A DNA stretch of 64,000 nucleotides, taken from NCBI GenBank assembly GCA_964196325.1, contig CAXMST010000099.1:4367-68366 (forward strand), written 5' to 3'. Below, piece by piece: positions 1 to 7,896 of the stretch. Source of the DNA: an uncultured Acidimicrobiia bacterium (GTDB lineage: Bacteria; Actinomycetota; Thermoleophilia; Solirubrobacterales; 70-9). A program made the translations under genes and the position numbers. How positions within the stretch are numbered: the first letter of the stretch is position 1; the number at the start of each line of letters is the position of its first letter. The notes under the pieces are model-generated. The model saw only the letters and a program-made list of their open reading frames with translations. It was not told where the DNA came from and did no database searches.

Positions 1-91
1 CTGACCCAGTTGTGGCTGCTGCTCCATCTGCCGATCCAAAATAGGGACGCGGGCGGACGGTGGGAGCAGGCCCTGAGCTACGGTTTCGCAT

Positions 92-1306
92 GTGGTGATC
101 GTGATCGGAGCCGGCTTCGCCGGGCTTGAAGCCGCGGCGACAGTGGCGGCGGCCGGACGCGAGGTCCGGGTCCTCGAGGCGCGCAAGCGGGTCGGTGGTC
201 GGGTCCACTCACAGAGGCTGCCCAACGGGGCGGTGATCGAGCTGGGGGCGGAGTTCATCCTCCCCGGCAACACCTACATCCGTGACCGTGCGGCGGAGCT
301 CGGCCTCGGCCTTTGGGACAAGGGCGTCCGCTACGGTCAGCGCGAATCGCGCGGCGGCCGCGCGGTCTCCGAAGCGGATCTGCAGGAGGCGCTGGCCACC
401 GTCCGGCTGGCCCTGGAAGCCGAGCCCGGGCGGGGCGCCGGCTCGGTGGCCGAATTGTTGGCGCGGCTCGAGATCGCGCCCGGTGCCCGCGATTACATGC
501 TCGCCCGAACCGAGATCTCCGCGGCGGCCCCGGCCGCGAACGTCCCGGCCGGCGAGCTGCTCGGCCTTGCGAAGGTCGGCAGGGAGCCCTCACCGTCGAT
601 CGCCGGCGGCAACCAGGAGCTTGCCCGGGCGCTGGCGGAGCGAGTCGGGACGGCGCGCATCGAGCTTGGGGCCCGGGTCACATCAGTCACGGACCAGGCC
701 AATCGGATCTTGGTCGGGACCACATCGGGGGAGCTGGCGGCCGCCGCCGTGATCATCGCGATTCCGGCCAGCGTGCTCCCCGGCCTCAGGCTCGACCCGC
801 CGCTGCCCCCACGGCAGGCCGCGGCGTTCGAGGCGATCGAATACGGGCATGCGGCGAAGCTGTTCGTGCCGCTCAGCGCAACCAGCCCTGAGCCAACGGC
901 CGTGATGTCAGTCCCAGAGCGCTACTGGAGCTGGACGGCGACCGGGGCAGGCGGAAGGCCGCAGGCGGTCGTCAGCTCGTTTGCCGGCTCGGCTGGGGCC
1001 CTGGAGCGTCTGCGGGTCGAGTTCGGGCCACAGCATTGGCTCGGCTCACTTGCGCGGCTGCGCCCCGAGCTCGAGCTCGAGCCCGACGGAGCGCTGCTCT
1101 CGACCTGGAGCGACGACCCCCTGATCGGCGCGGCCTACTCGCTGCCGGCGCCGGCTGAGCGCCTCGAGACCCTCCGCGCCCCGCTCGCCGGGGGCCGGAT
1201 TCAGTTCGCCGGTGAGCATCTCGCGGGCCAGTTCTCAGCCCTGATGGAAGGGGCTTTGCGCAGCGGCCGCGACGCTGCGCGGCGGCTTCTCGCGGTGCCG
1301 GTCTAG
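92..1306 (+). CDS. Flavin-containing amine oxidase family protein (FAD-dependent)
   Basis: N-terminal Rossmann motif VIVIGAGFAGLEAA...VLEARKRVGGRV typical of FAD amine oxidases. C-terminal FAGEH motif. GC-rich third codon positions. Confidence 0.8.
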   Translation: MVIVIGAGFAGLEAAATVAAAGREVRVLEARKRVGGRVHSQRLPNGAVIELGAEFILPGNTYIRDRAAELGLGLWDKGVRYGQRESRGGRAVSEADLQEALATVRLALEAEPGRGAGSVAELLARLEIAPGARDYMLARTEISAAAPAANVPAGELLGLAKVGREPSPSIAGGNQELARALAERVGTARIELGARVTSVTDQANRILVGTTSGELAAAAVIIAIPASVLPGLRLDPPLPPRQAAAFEAIEYGHAAKLFVPLSATSPEPTAVMSVPERYWSWTATGAGGRPQAVVSSFAGSAGALERLRVEFGPQHWLGSLARLRPELELEPDGALLSTWSDDPLIGAAYSLPAPAERLETLRAPLAGGRIQFAGEHLAGQFSALMEGALRSGRDAARRLLAVPV

Positions 1307-1355
1307 ATGAATGATTCCTATTCCCGCACCCACGGCTGGCGCAGCTGACGGAGCC

Positions 1356-2096
1356 TCAGACCTCGTTGAAGAAGTTGAGCCCGAGGCCGTCGAGCCAGCG
1401 CTGGGCTTCGATGTTGAGCTGGAACAGCTCGCCGGTGTAGACGAGCACGCCCATCACCACCAGAACCAAGCCCCCAAAGGCCATGATCTGGCTGTAGTGG
1501 CGTTTGACCACGGCGAAGGCGGTCGTCATCCGGGTAAAGCCGATAGCCGTGAGCAGGAACGGAATCGCAAGGCCGAGCGAATAGACCGCCAACATCACAC
1601 CGCCCTGGGCGACCGAGCCTGTCGTGGAGGCAAGCCCGAGGATCGCGGCCAGCGTCGGCCCGACGCACGGGGTCCAGGCAATTGCAAAGGCAGCCCCGGC
1701 GACCACCGGGCCGCCCTTGCCGGCCCGCTCCATCAGCGTATCGACGCGCCACTCGGCGTTGAGCTTGCTGATGAACAGGGTCGCGACGAAGAAGATGCCC
1801 ATCGCGATGATCAGGATCCCGGCCACCTTGTTCAGGGTTGCCAGATTGGTCCGCAGGGCCTGGCTGAGGCCGGTCGCTGAGAGCCCCAGCAGGATGAAGA
1901 TCGTGGAGAAGCTCGCGATGAAGATCAGCGAGGGTGGGATTACCCTGCGCCAGCTGGCGTCCTCGAGCTCAGTCGCGGAGACGCCGGTAACGGCCGACAG
2001 GTAGCCGGGCACCAGGGGCAGGACACAGGGGCTGAGGAACGAGATCATGCCGGCGAACAACGCCGTGATCAGGCTGACGCCGCCAATCTCGAGCAT
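1356..2096 (-). CDS. ccdA: Cytochrome c biogenesis / thiol-disulfide transporter CcdA (DsbD family)
   Basis: Multi-pass membrane protein with the FLSPCVLPLVPGY and TPCVGP cysteine motifs characteristic of CcdA. Confidence 0.9.
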   Translation of the reverse strand: MLEIGGVSLITALFAGMISFLSPCVLPLVPGYLSAVTGVSATELEDASWRRVIPPSLIFIASFSTIFILLGLSATGLSQALRTNLATLNKVAGILIIAMGIFFVATLFISKLNAEWRVDTLMERAGKGGPVVAGAAFAIAWTPCVGPTLAAILGLASTTGSVAQGGVMLAVYSLGLAIPFLLTAIGFTRMTTAFAVVKRHYSQIMAFGGLVLVVMGVLVYTGELFQLNIEAQRWLDGLGLNFFNEV

Positions 2097-2107
2097 CGCT
2101 CAGCCGC

Positions 2108-2689
2108 TCATCCCAGCAGGTGCGTCTCGATGTCCAGCTCGAGCTGGTCCCGCGTTGCGTATGAGCCCTGGAAGACGTTGACGACCTCACCGTCGGCGTC
2201 GATGAAGACCGTGGTCGGCGAGACGACGCCGCCGCCGAGCGAAGCGATCTGTGCGGCGTTGGGGTCGAAGATGCTTGGGTATGGAACCGGCAGCTCGGCG
2301 AGGAACGACCCAGCCGCGTCGCGGCTGTCCTGCATATCGATCCCGACGAAGGCGATCTCATCGGCGTGCGACTCGGCTGAGTCGCGGAAGTATGGGAACT
2401 CCGCCCGACAGGGCTCACACCAGGAGGCCCACTGGTTGACCACGATCGGATGTCCTTCGAGCTCGGCGAGCTTGGGCTCGAGCTGGCCCTCCTCGAGGAT
2501 CTGGCTGCCCTCGGCCCGGTTCGCGCTGAGCGCCGCCGGGATGCCCTTCTCCTTGGCCGCTGGAGCGGCGTCGGCCGGGGTCGCGTCGGCACCCGCGGTG
2601 TCGGTCCCCTCATCGCTGCCACAGGCCGCGAGCGCGATTGCGCCGATCGCCAGCGCCAGTCCCAGAATCCACTTGCGTCGAGTTCTCAT
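2108..2689 (-). CDS. TlpA/ResA-like thioredoxin-fold thiol-disulfide oxidoreductase, lipoprotein
   Basis: Lipobox LAACGSD and the redox motif WASWCEPC. It sits immediately upstream of ccdA on the same strand with an 11-nt gap. Confidence 0.85.
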   Translation of the reverse strand: MRTRRKWILGLALAIGAIALAACGSDEGTDTAGADATPADAAPAAKEKGIPAALSANRAEGSQILEEGQLEPKLAELEGHPIVVNQWASWCEPCRAEFPYFRDSAESHADEIAFVGIDMQDSRDAAGSFLAELPVPYPSIFDPNAAQIASLGGGVVSPTTVFIDADGEVVNVFQGSYATRDQLELDIETHLLG

Positions 2690-2817
2690 CAGCTATCTCT
2701 CCAAGTTGGGGTCACCTAATGGTGACATCGTGCGATCTCCGGTCCTGCCGGCCCGGTAGCCATAAGACCCGCCTGGGCGGTTTTGGTCGCAAGCCGGACG
2801 TCGCGGCGTCGGGACGA

Positions 2818-3111
2818 TCAATCCTCGATCGCGATCGGGCCCCAGAAAGCGACGTGCCCACGGATCCGCCGAATCCACGGGAACGGGTGCCGGTACTGCC
2901 AGGCGGCCGCCTTGGCACGCTCGCCACCGGCGTCGACGTGGTAATAGCTCGCGAGGCCCTTCCAGGGGCAGACGCTCATCGCCCGGGCCCTGTCCAAGCG
3001 GTCCCAATCGACACTCTCGGGAGGGAAATAGTGGTGACCCTCGACCATCTCGGTCCGATCGCTCTCGGCGATCGTCAGCCCACCCAGCGTCGCCCGTTTG
3101 GTCGCGCTCAT
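2818..3111 (-). CDS. DUF427 domain protein
   Basis: C-terminal part of track ORF 2818..3306. Sequence EGHHYFPPESV...CPWKGLASYYHV...AAWQYRHP matches the DUF427 pattern. Start placed at the internal ATG (MSATKRATLGG); the upstream extension is Arg/Ser-rich junk. Confidence 0.7.
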   Translation of the reverse strand: MSATKRATLGGLTIAESDRTEMVEGHHYFPPESVDWDRLDRARAMSVCPWKGLASYYHVDAGGERAKAAAWQYRHPFPWIRRIRGHVAFWGPIAIED

Positions 3112-3124
3112 GCTCGGGCCGCCG

Positions 3125-4540
3125 TCAACTTGCGGGCGTGAGGCGCCGGGAGTGCACCTCGGCCTCAGGCCGGGCCTGTTCATAGGCCTCGAGAAACTTG
3201 AGCCAGAGCTCGCTCCGGGTCGGGAACGGGGCGATCGCATGGGCCAACGTCGAAAGCGGAACCTCTGCGACCACGGCGATCGTCGCCGCTTGCAGCATGT
3301 CGCCAACCTCGGGGCCGACGAAGGTAGCCCCGACGATCACCTGACGGTCGGCATCGACCACGAATCGGGTGGTGCCGGCGGCATTGCGGCCGTAGAAGCT
3401 GCCACCGGCCGAGCCCGACGTCGGCAGATCGACCGCGACGGCGTCGACCCCTTGCTCTCTTGCGCGCTCCAGCGTGAGGCCGACGGCAGCCACCTGCGGG
3501 TCGGTGAAGACCACCCGCGGAGCGCCTTCGCCGTCGTGCACGGCCGCCACGTCCGCGCCGAGGATGTGGTCCGCCGCGAGGCGGCCCTGGTACTTGCCGG
3601 AGTGGGTGAGCAGCGAGCGCCCGTTCGCATCACCGATCGCATATAACCAGGGCTGATCGGCTACTCGGAGCTGATCGTCGACCTCGATATAGCCGCCGGA
3701 CTCGAGCCCGACCGACTCCAGCCCGAGGTCTTCGGTCAGCGGCCTGCGGCCGACCGCGACCAACAGGCGATCGCCTGTGACCGCCTGCCCGTCGGAGAGT
3801 CGCAGCGTGACCTCCTCGCCCCCACGCTCAGCGCCGACCGCGGAGATCCCCACGCGGACGTCGACCCCATGGCCCCGCAGCGCCTCAGCCAACTCCTCAC
3901 CGACGTAGGGCTCCTCACGCGGGAGCAGCCGCGACTCGGCCTCGACCACGGTCACCTTGGCGCCAAGCGAGCTCCAGGCCTGTGCCATCTCGACCCCGAC
4001 AACGCCGCCGCCGAGGATGATCAGGTGTCCAGGAACCTGCTTGCTCGTCGTGATCTCCCGGTTCGACCAGGCACCGACTTGATCGAGGCCCGGAATCGGC
4101 GGCATCGCAGCGCCGGTCCCAACCGCGATCACCACCGCGTCGCGGGCGCTCAGCAACCGCTCACCGACCCGCACCTTGCGCTCGCCCTCGAGTCGGCCGG
4201 CGCCGCGCACGAGCTCCACGTTGCGGGCCTCGAGCCACGGCACCTGGTTCGAGTCGTCGAGATCGTTGACGATCTGATCTCGGCGCTCAAGCACCGCGGC
4301 GACATCGAGCTCGCCGGTGACCGCCTCGGCCGCGCCGGGGATGCGGGCGGCCTCGCTGAGGATCTCGGCCGGGCGCAGCAGCGCCTTCGAGGGCATGCAG
4401 GCGTAGTAGGAGCACTCGCCACCGACCAGCTCGCGCTCGACGATCGCGACGCTCTTCTCTGCGCCCTCCCCGATCCGGCCCGCCAGAACCTCTCCGGCGG
4501 GCCCAGCCCCGATCACGATCACATCAAACTCTGAGTCCAT
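3125..4540 (-). CDS. Class I pyridine nucleotide-disulfide oxidoreductase (dihydrolipoyl dehydrogenase / mycothione reductase-like)
   Basis: Starts at MDSEFDVIVIGAGPAGE with GGAG 8 nt upstream. Redox-active GGECSYYACMPSK, a second Rossmann fold ILGGGVVGVE, and a C-terminal dimerisation domain with PFPTRSE. The 5' part of track ORF 3125..5083 is antisense to the DUF3179 gene and is not coding. Confidence 0.85.
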   Translation of the reverse strand: MDSEFDVIVIGAGPAGEVLAGRIGEGAEKSVAIVERELVGGECSYYACMPSKALLRPAEILSEAARIPGAAEAVTGELDVAAVLERRDQIVNDLDDSNQVPWLEARNVELVRGAGRLEGERKVRVGERLLSARDAVVIAVGTGAAMPPIPGLDQVGAWSNREITTSKQVPGHLIILGGGVVGVEMAQAWSSLGAKVTVVEAESRLLPREEPYVGEELAEALRGHGVDVRVGISAVGAERGGEEVTLRLSDGQAVTGDRLLVAVGRRPLTEDLGLESVGLESGGYIEVDDQLRVADQPWLYAIGDANGRSLLTHSGKYQGRLAADHILGADVAAVHDGEGAPRVVFTDPQVAAVGLTLERAREQGVDAVAVDLPTSGSAGGSFYGRNAAGTTRFVVDADRQVIVGATFVGPEVGDMLQAATIAVVAEVPLSTLAHAIAPFPTRSELWLKFLEAYEQARPEAEVHSRRLTPAS

Positions 4541-4681
4541 CTCATCACTCCTATTTGCCTGTTCTCCAAATGTAGACCGTGGTCCAGGTGATTTCGACTG
4601 CCTTGGCACCGAAAAGGATTCATCGGTGAGTCCATGCAGCCGACGAACCGCTCCGACCCCGACGGGGTCTGATCTACAGGA

Positions 4682-5881
4682 ATGAGCCATCCAAGGCGAA
4701 AGATCCGGGGCGGCCTCGGCGCCGCGACGCTCGCGCTCGCGGCGCTCGCGCTCGCTGCCTGTGGCGCCTCCTCCGATCAGAGCTCCGAGGACGGTGGAGG
4801 TGAGGCCGTCGACGTCGACGCAACCCTGCCCGGAGCATCGGCCGAGTTCAGCACCGACTTCGCCACCGCAAGCGTGCCCCTGGACGAGTTCCAGAGCGGC
4901 GGCCCGCCCAAGGACGGGATCCCCGCAATCGACGACCCCAAGTTCATCTCCCAGCAGGAGGCCGACTCGTTTCTCGAACCGAACGAGCCTGTCGCCGTGG
5001 TCGAGATCGACGGGGTCGCCCGGGCCTATCCGATCCAGATTCTGGTCTGGCACGAGATCGTCAACGACGAGATCAACGGGCAACCCGTCTCAGTCACGTA
5101 CTGCCCGCTATGTAACTCGACCGTGGCCTTCAGCCGCGAGCTCGACGGCCAGGTGCTCGATTTCGGGACGACGGGGCGGCTGCGTAACTCGGATCTCGTG
5201 ATGTACGACCGCCAGACGGAGTCGTGGTGGCAGCAGCTGACCGCTGAGGCGGTTGTCGGCGAGCTGACAGGCTCCGAGCTCGAGGTGCTGCCCTCCCAAA
5301 TCCTCTCCTGGAAAGAGCTGATGCGGGCCTACCCCGACGCCGACGTGCTCTCTCGAGACACCGGCCCGAACCCACGTGATTACGGCACCAACCCCTACGC
5401 CGGCTACGAGGAGCCTGGGGATCAGCCCTTCCTCCTCGACGGCGCCGCGGACGATCGCCTACCGCCGAAGGAGCGGGTCACGGCAGTCCAGACCGGCCCA
5501 GACTCAGCCGTCGTCTACCCGTTCTCCCGGCTCGCGAAGGAGGCCCCGATCAACGACGAGATCGACGGGACCGCGACCGTGGTCCTGTTCGATCCCGAGG
5601 TCAGCTCGGCGCTGGATCAGACCAAGGTCGCCGACGGCCGCGAGATCGGTGCCGCGGCCGTGTTCGAGCGCACCCTGGGCAACCGCGAGCTGAGCTTCGA
5701 GCAGGGTCCCGAGCCGGGGACCGCGACCGATGAGCAGACCGGCTCCACCTGGGACCCCACCGGCCGCGCGATCAGCGGCCGGCTGGAGGGCGAGCGCCTG
5801 AAGCAGAGCCCTTCCGACGATCAGTTCTGGTTCGCATTGGCGGCCTTCTTTCCCGAGGTCGAGATCAGGAATGAGGCGTAG
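4682..5881 (+). CDS. DUF3179 domain lipoprotein
   Basis: Lipobox LALAACGAS. Motifs DGIPAIDDPKF...YPIQILVWHEIVND...VTYCPLCNS are diagnostic of DUF3179. Confidence 0.8.
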   Translation: MSHPRRKIRGGLGAATLALAALALAACGASSDQSSEDGGGEAVDVDATLPGASAEFSTDFATASVPLDEFQSGGPPKDGIPAIDDPKFISQQEADSFLEPNEPVAVVEIDGVARAYPIQILVWHEIVNDEINGQPVSVTYCPLCNSTVAFSRELDGQVLDFGTTGRLRNSDLVMYDRQTESWWQQLTAEAVVGELTGSELEVLPSQILSWKELMRAYPDADVLSRDTGPNPRDYGTNPYAGYEEPGDQPFLLDGAADDRLPPKERVTAVQTGPDSAVVYPFSRLAKEAPINDEIDGTATVVLFDPEVSSALDQTKVADGREIGAAAVFERTLGNRELSFEQGPEPGTATDEQTGSTWDPTGRAISGRLEGERLKQSPSDDQFWFALAAFFPEVEIRNEA

Positions 5882-6061
5882 CCGTGGCGATCGGCCGACT
5901 GCTGCGAAATCCTGCCTCCCAGCTCGCCCTGAGCGGTGGCTTCTTCGTGCTCTGCGCGGCCGCCTTCGCCCGCTTCTGCCTCGGCTGCTGAGGCCGCCGG
6001 CCGTGGCGCGAGGGGAGCGCGGCCTCCCGAACCCGATCGCGGATCGGCGGGTCTGAGGAGC

Positions 6062-6346
6062 ATGGCCGCAACGACCTGGCGCAGACTCAACAGCAGACGT
6101 GACCATCACTGGGCGCAATCGCGTTACTCAGACTTCGTGGACGGCGAGCTTCCTGATCGGCAGGATGACCGGCTCGCCGCCCACGAGGAACTCTGCCCTG
6201 AGTGCGCCCAGATGATCCGCACGCTGCAGGCGCTGCTGCAGGCGCTGCCGGCGCTACGGCTGGGGCCGGAGGCCAGCTTCGCGATCGCCGAGCAGACCGC
6301 CTCGCAGGTCCGCGCCAGAATCGCGGAGTGGGACGAGGATGGCTGA
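6062..6346 (+). CDS. Short zf-HC2 (H-x3-C-x2-C) anti-sigma-like protein, no TM segment
   Basis: Internal ATG of track ORF 5936..6346. Motif YSDFVDGEL...HEELCPEC. The 3' end overlaps the ECF sigma start by 8 nt. Confidence 0.6.
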   Translation: MAATTWRRLNSRRDHHWAQSRYSDFVDGELPDRQDDRLAAHEELCPECAQMIRTLQALLQALPALRLGPEASFAIAEQTASQVRARIAEWDEDG

Positions 6347-6983
6347 GGGCCAGCCCTGGGTGCCACTGCTGTCCCGCTTAGCCGAGCCTGTCAGGGTTCG
6401 GTCCGTGCGTCCAACGTCCGCAGAGGAGGAGCCGGCGCTGATCGAGCGCGCCAAGGGGGGCGACCGTGACGCGTTCGAGGAGCTCGTGCGTCGCAACGCC
6501 GATCGACTCTACGCCGTCGTGATCCGCTTTGTCGCCGATGATGAGGAGGCCCAAGAGGTGACCCAGGAGGCATTCCTGCGGGCCTGGCGCAGTATCGGTC
6601 GCTTCCAGGGCCGCTCGCAGTTCTTTACCTGGCTGTACCGGATCGGCATCAACGAGGCCAAGCGCAGGATTGGCCGACGGCCGCCGTCGGAGCTGTTCGC
6701 CTCCCTCGACGACGACCCGATCCCCGAGGCCCCGGACTGGAGCGAGGCGCCGCAGCTACGGCTCGAGCAGAGCGACCTGCGGCGGGTGCTCGAGGAGTCG
6801 ATCCGCGAGTTGCCGCTGCGCTACAGGGCGACGATCATCCTGCGGGATGTCGAGGGCCTCTCGACCCGCGAGGCCGCCGAGGTGATGGAGCTCAGTGAGA
6901 CCGCCTTCAAGAGCCGCCTGCACCGCGCTCGGCTCGCGGTGCGGCGCTCGTTGGACGAGTATTTTCTGGAGGAGCGGCAATGA
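6339..6983 (+). CDS. ECF-type RNA polymerase sigma-70 family factor
   Basis: Region 2 (FEELVRRNADRLYAVVIRFV...AQEVTQEAFLRAWRSIGRF...FFTWLYRIGINEA) and region 4 (RATIILRDVEGLSTREAAEVMELSETAFKSRLHRAR). Confidence 0.9.
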   Translation: MAEGQPWVPLLSRLAEPVRVRSVRPTSAEEEPALIERAKGGDRDAFEELVRRNADRLYAVVIRFVADDEEAQEVTQEAFLRAWRSIGRFQGRSQFFTWLYRIGINEAKRRIGRRPPSELFASLDDDPIPEAPDWSEAPQLRLEQSDLRRVLEESIRELPLRYRATIILRDVEGLSTREAAEVMELSETAFKSRLHRARLAVRRSLDEYFLEERQ

Positions 6984-7258
6984 GAAGCCTTCGCCCCACC
7001 AAGATGCGCTTCATGCGCGAGCACCGATGGACCCACTCCCATCTGTCCGCGTACCTGGACAGCGAGCTCGAGCAGGGAGAGCGCGAGCGGATCGAGGAGC
7101 ATGTCGGGCTCTGCCCGGACTGCCGGCGGGTGCTGGCGACCCTGCGCCGGGCGATCAGCAGCCTACGGGCGATTGGCGACGCCGACGCCGGGCGGCCTGG
7201 CTCGGGCACGAGTGACGTCTCCGAGGGCGTCCTGGCCCGGCTCCGCCGGGAGGGGTGA
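6980..7258 (+). CDS. Short zf-HC2 anti-sigma factor, no TM segment
   Basis: ATGA overlap with the sigma gene stop. Motif LSAYLDSEL...EEHVGLCPDC is the classical zinc anti-sigma signature. Confidence 0.7.
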   Translation: MRSLRPTKMRFMREHRWTHSHLSAYLDSELEQGERERIEEHVGLCPDCRRVLATLRRAISSLRAIGDADAGRPGSGTSDVSEGVLARLRREG

Positions 7259-7896
7259 GCGGCGCGGACCGGGGGGAGCCGGGCGCGGACGTGTGGTCAC
7301 GCCGTCCCCTCGCCGCTCTCTACGACCTGCAGTTGCCGCTCGAGCGCCGAGCCCTGCAGGCGCTGGCCCGGGGGCTGCGGGTCGATCGTGGCGATCGCGT
7401 TCTCGACGTCGGCACCGGGACCGGGGCGATGCTGCGAGAGCTGGCCGCACTGCCCGACCCGCCACGCCTCGCGACAGGGGTAGATCGCTCGGCGGCGATG
7501 CTCGCCCGGGTGCCGTCCCTGCCGCGCGGCTGGGAGCTGGTCGAGGCCGATGCCGCCGAGCTTCCCTTCGACTCGGCGAGCTTCGACCGGGTGGTCCTCG
7601 GCTACCTGCTGCACCTGCTCGACAGGGAGGAGCGGCGAGCGGTCCTGGCCGAGGCGCAGCGGGTGCTGCGGCCCGGCGGGCTGCTGGGAACGATCACCGT
7701 GGCGCCGCCGGTCGGCCGGACCGCGCAGGCAGTATGGGCACCGCTGCGAGCGGTGGCACGCCGGGGCGGCGGCCTGCTCAGGGGCTTGCTTCCGTTGGAC
7801 CCCACGGATGAGTTGATCGCGGCGGGGCTGCGGCCGCTGCGTCGACAGCGCACCCGGGGCGGCTACCCCTCACTGGGACTCATCGCGGCTCGCTGA
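7255..7896 (+). CDS. Class I SAM-dependent methyltransferase
   Basis: Motif I VLDVGTGTGAM and post-I/II motifs FDRVVLGYLLHLL and LRPGG. GTGA overlap with the preceding anti-sigma gene. Confidence 0.8.
   Translation: MSGADRGEPGADVWSRRPLAALYDLQLPLERRALQALARGLRVDRGDRVLDVGTGTGAMLRELAALPDPPRLATGVDRSAAMLARVPSLPRGWELVEADAAELPFDSASFDRVVLGYLLHLLDREERRAVLAEAQRVLRPGGLLGTITVAPPVGRTAQAVWAPLRAVARRGGGLLRGLLPLDPTDELIAAGLRPLRRQRTRGGYPSLGLIAAR

Noticed and set aside
4604-4620. Sigma-54 promoter (TGGCAC) in the divergent spacer between the oxidoreductase and the DUF3179 gene
   Set aside because: TGGCAC is present, but the required TTGC(A/T) five nt downstream is absent (the sequence is cgaaaAGGAT).
4541-5083. 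5' extension of the 652-aa track ORF 3125..5083
   Set aside because: The Rossmann fold begins at MDSEFDVIVIGAGPAG, which has its own GGAG. The upstream part is Arg/Gly-rich and antisense to the well-supported DUF3179 gene. This is a high-GC open-frame artefact.
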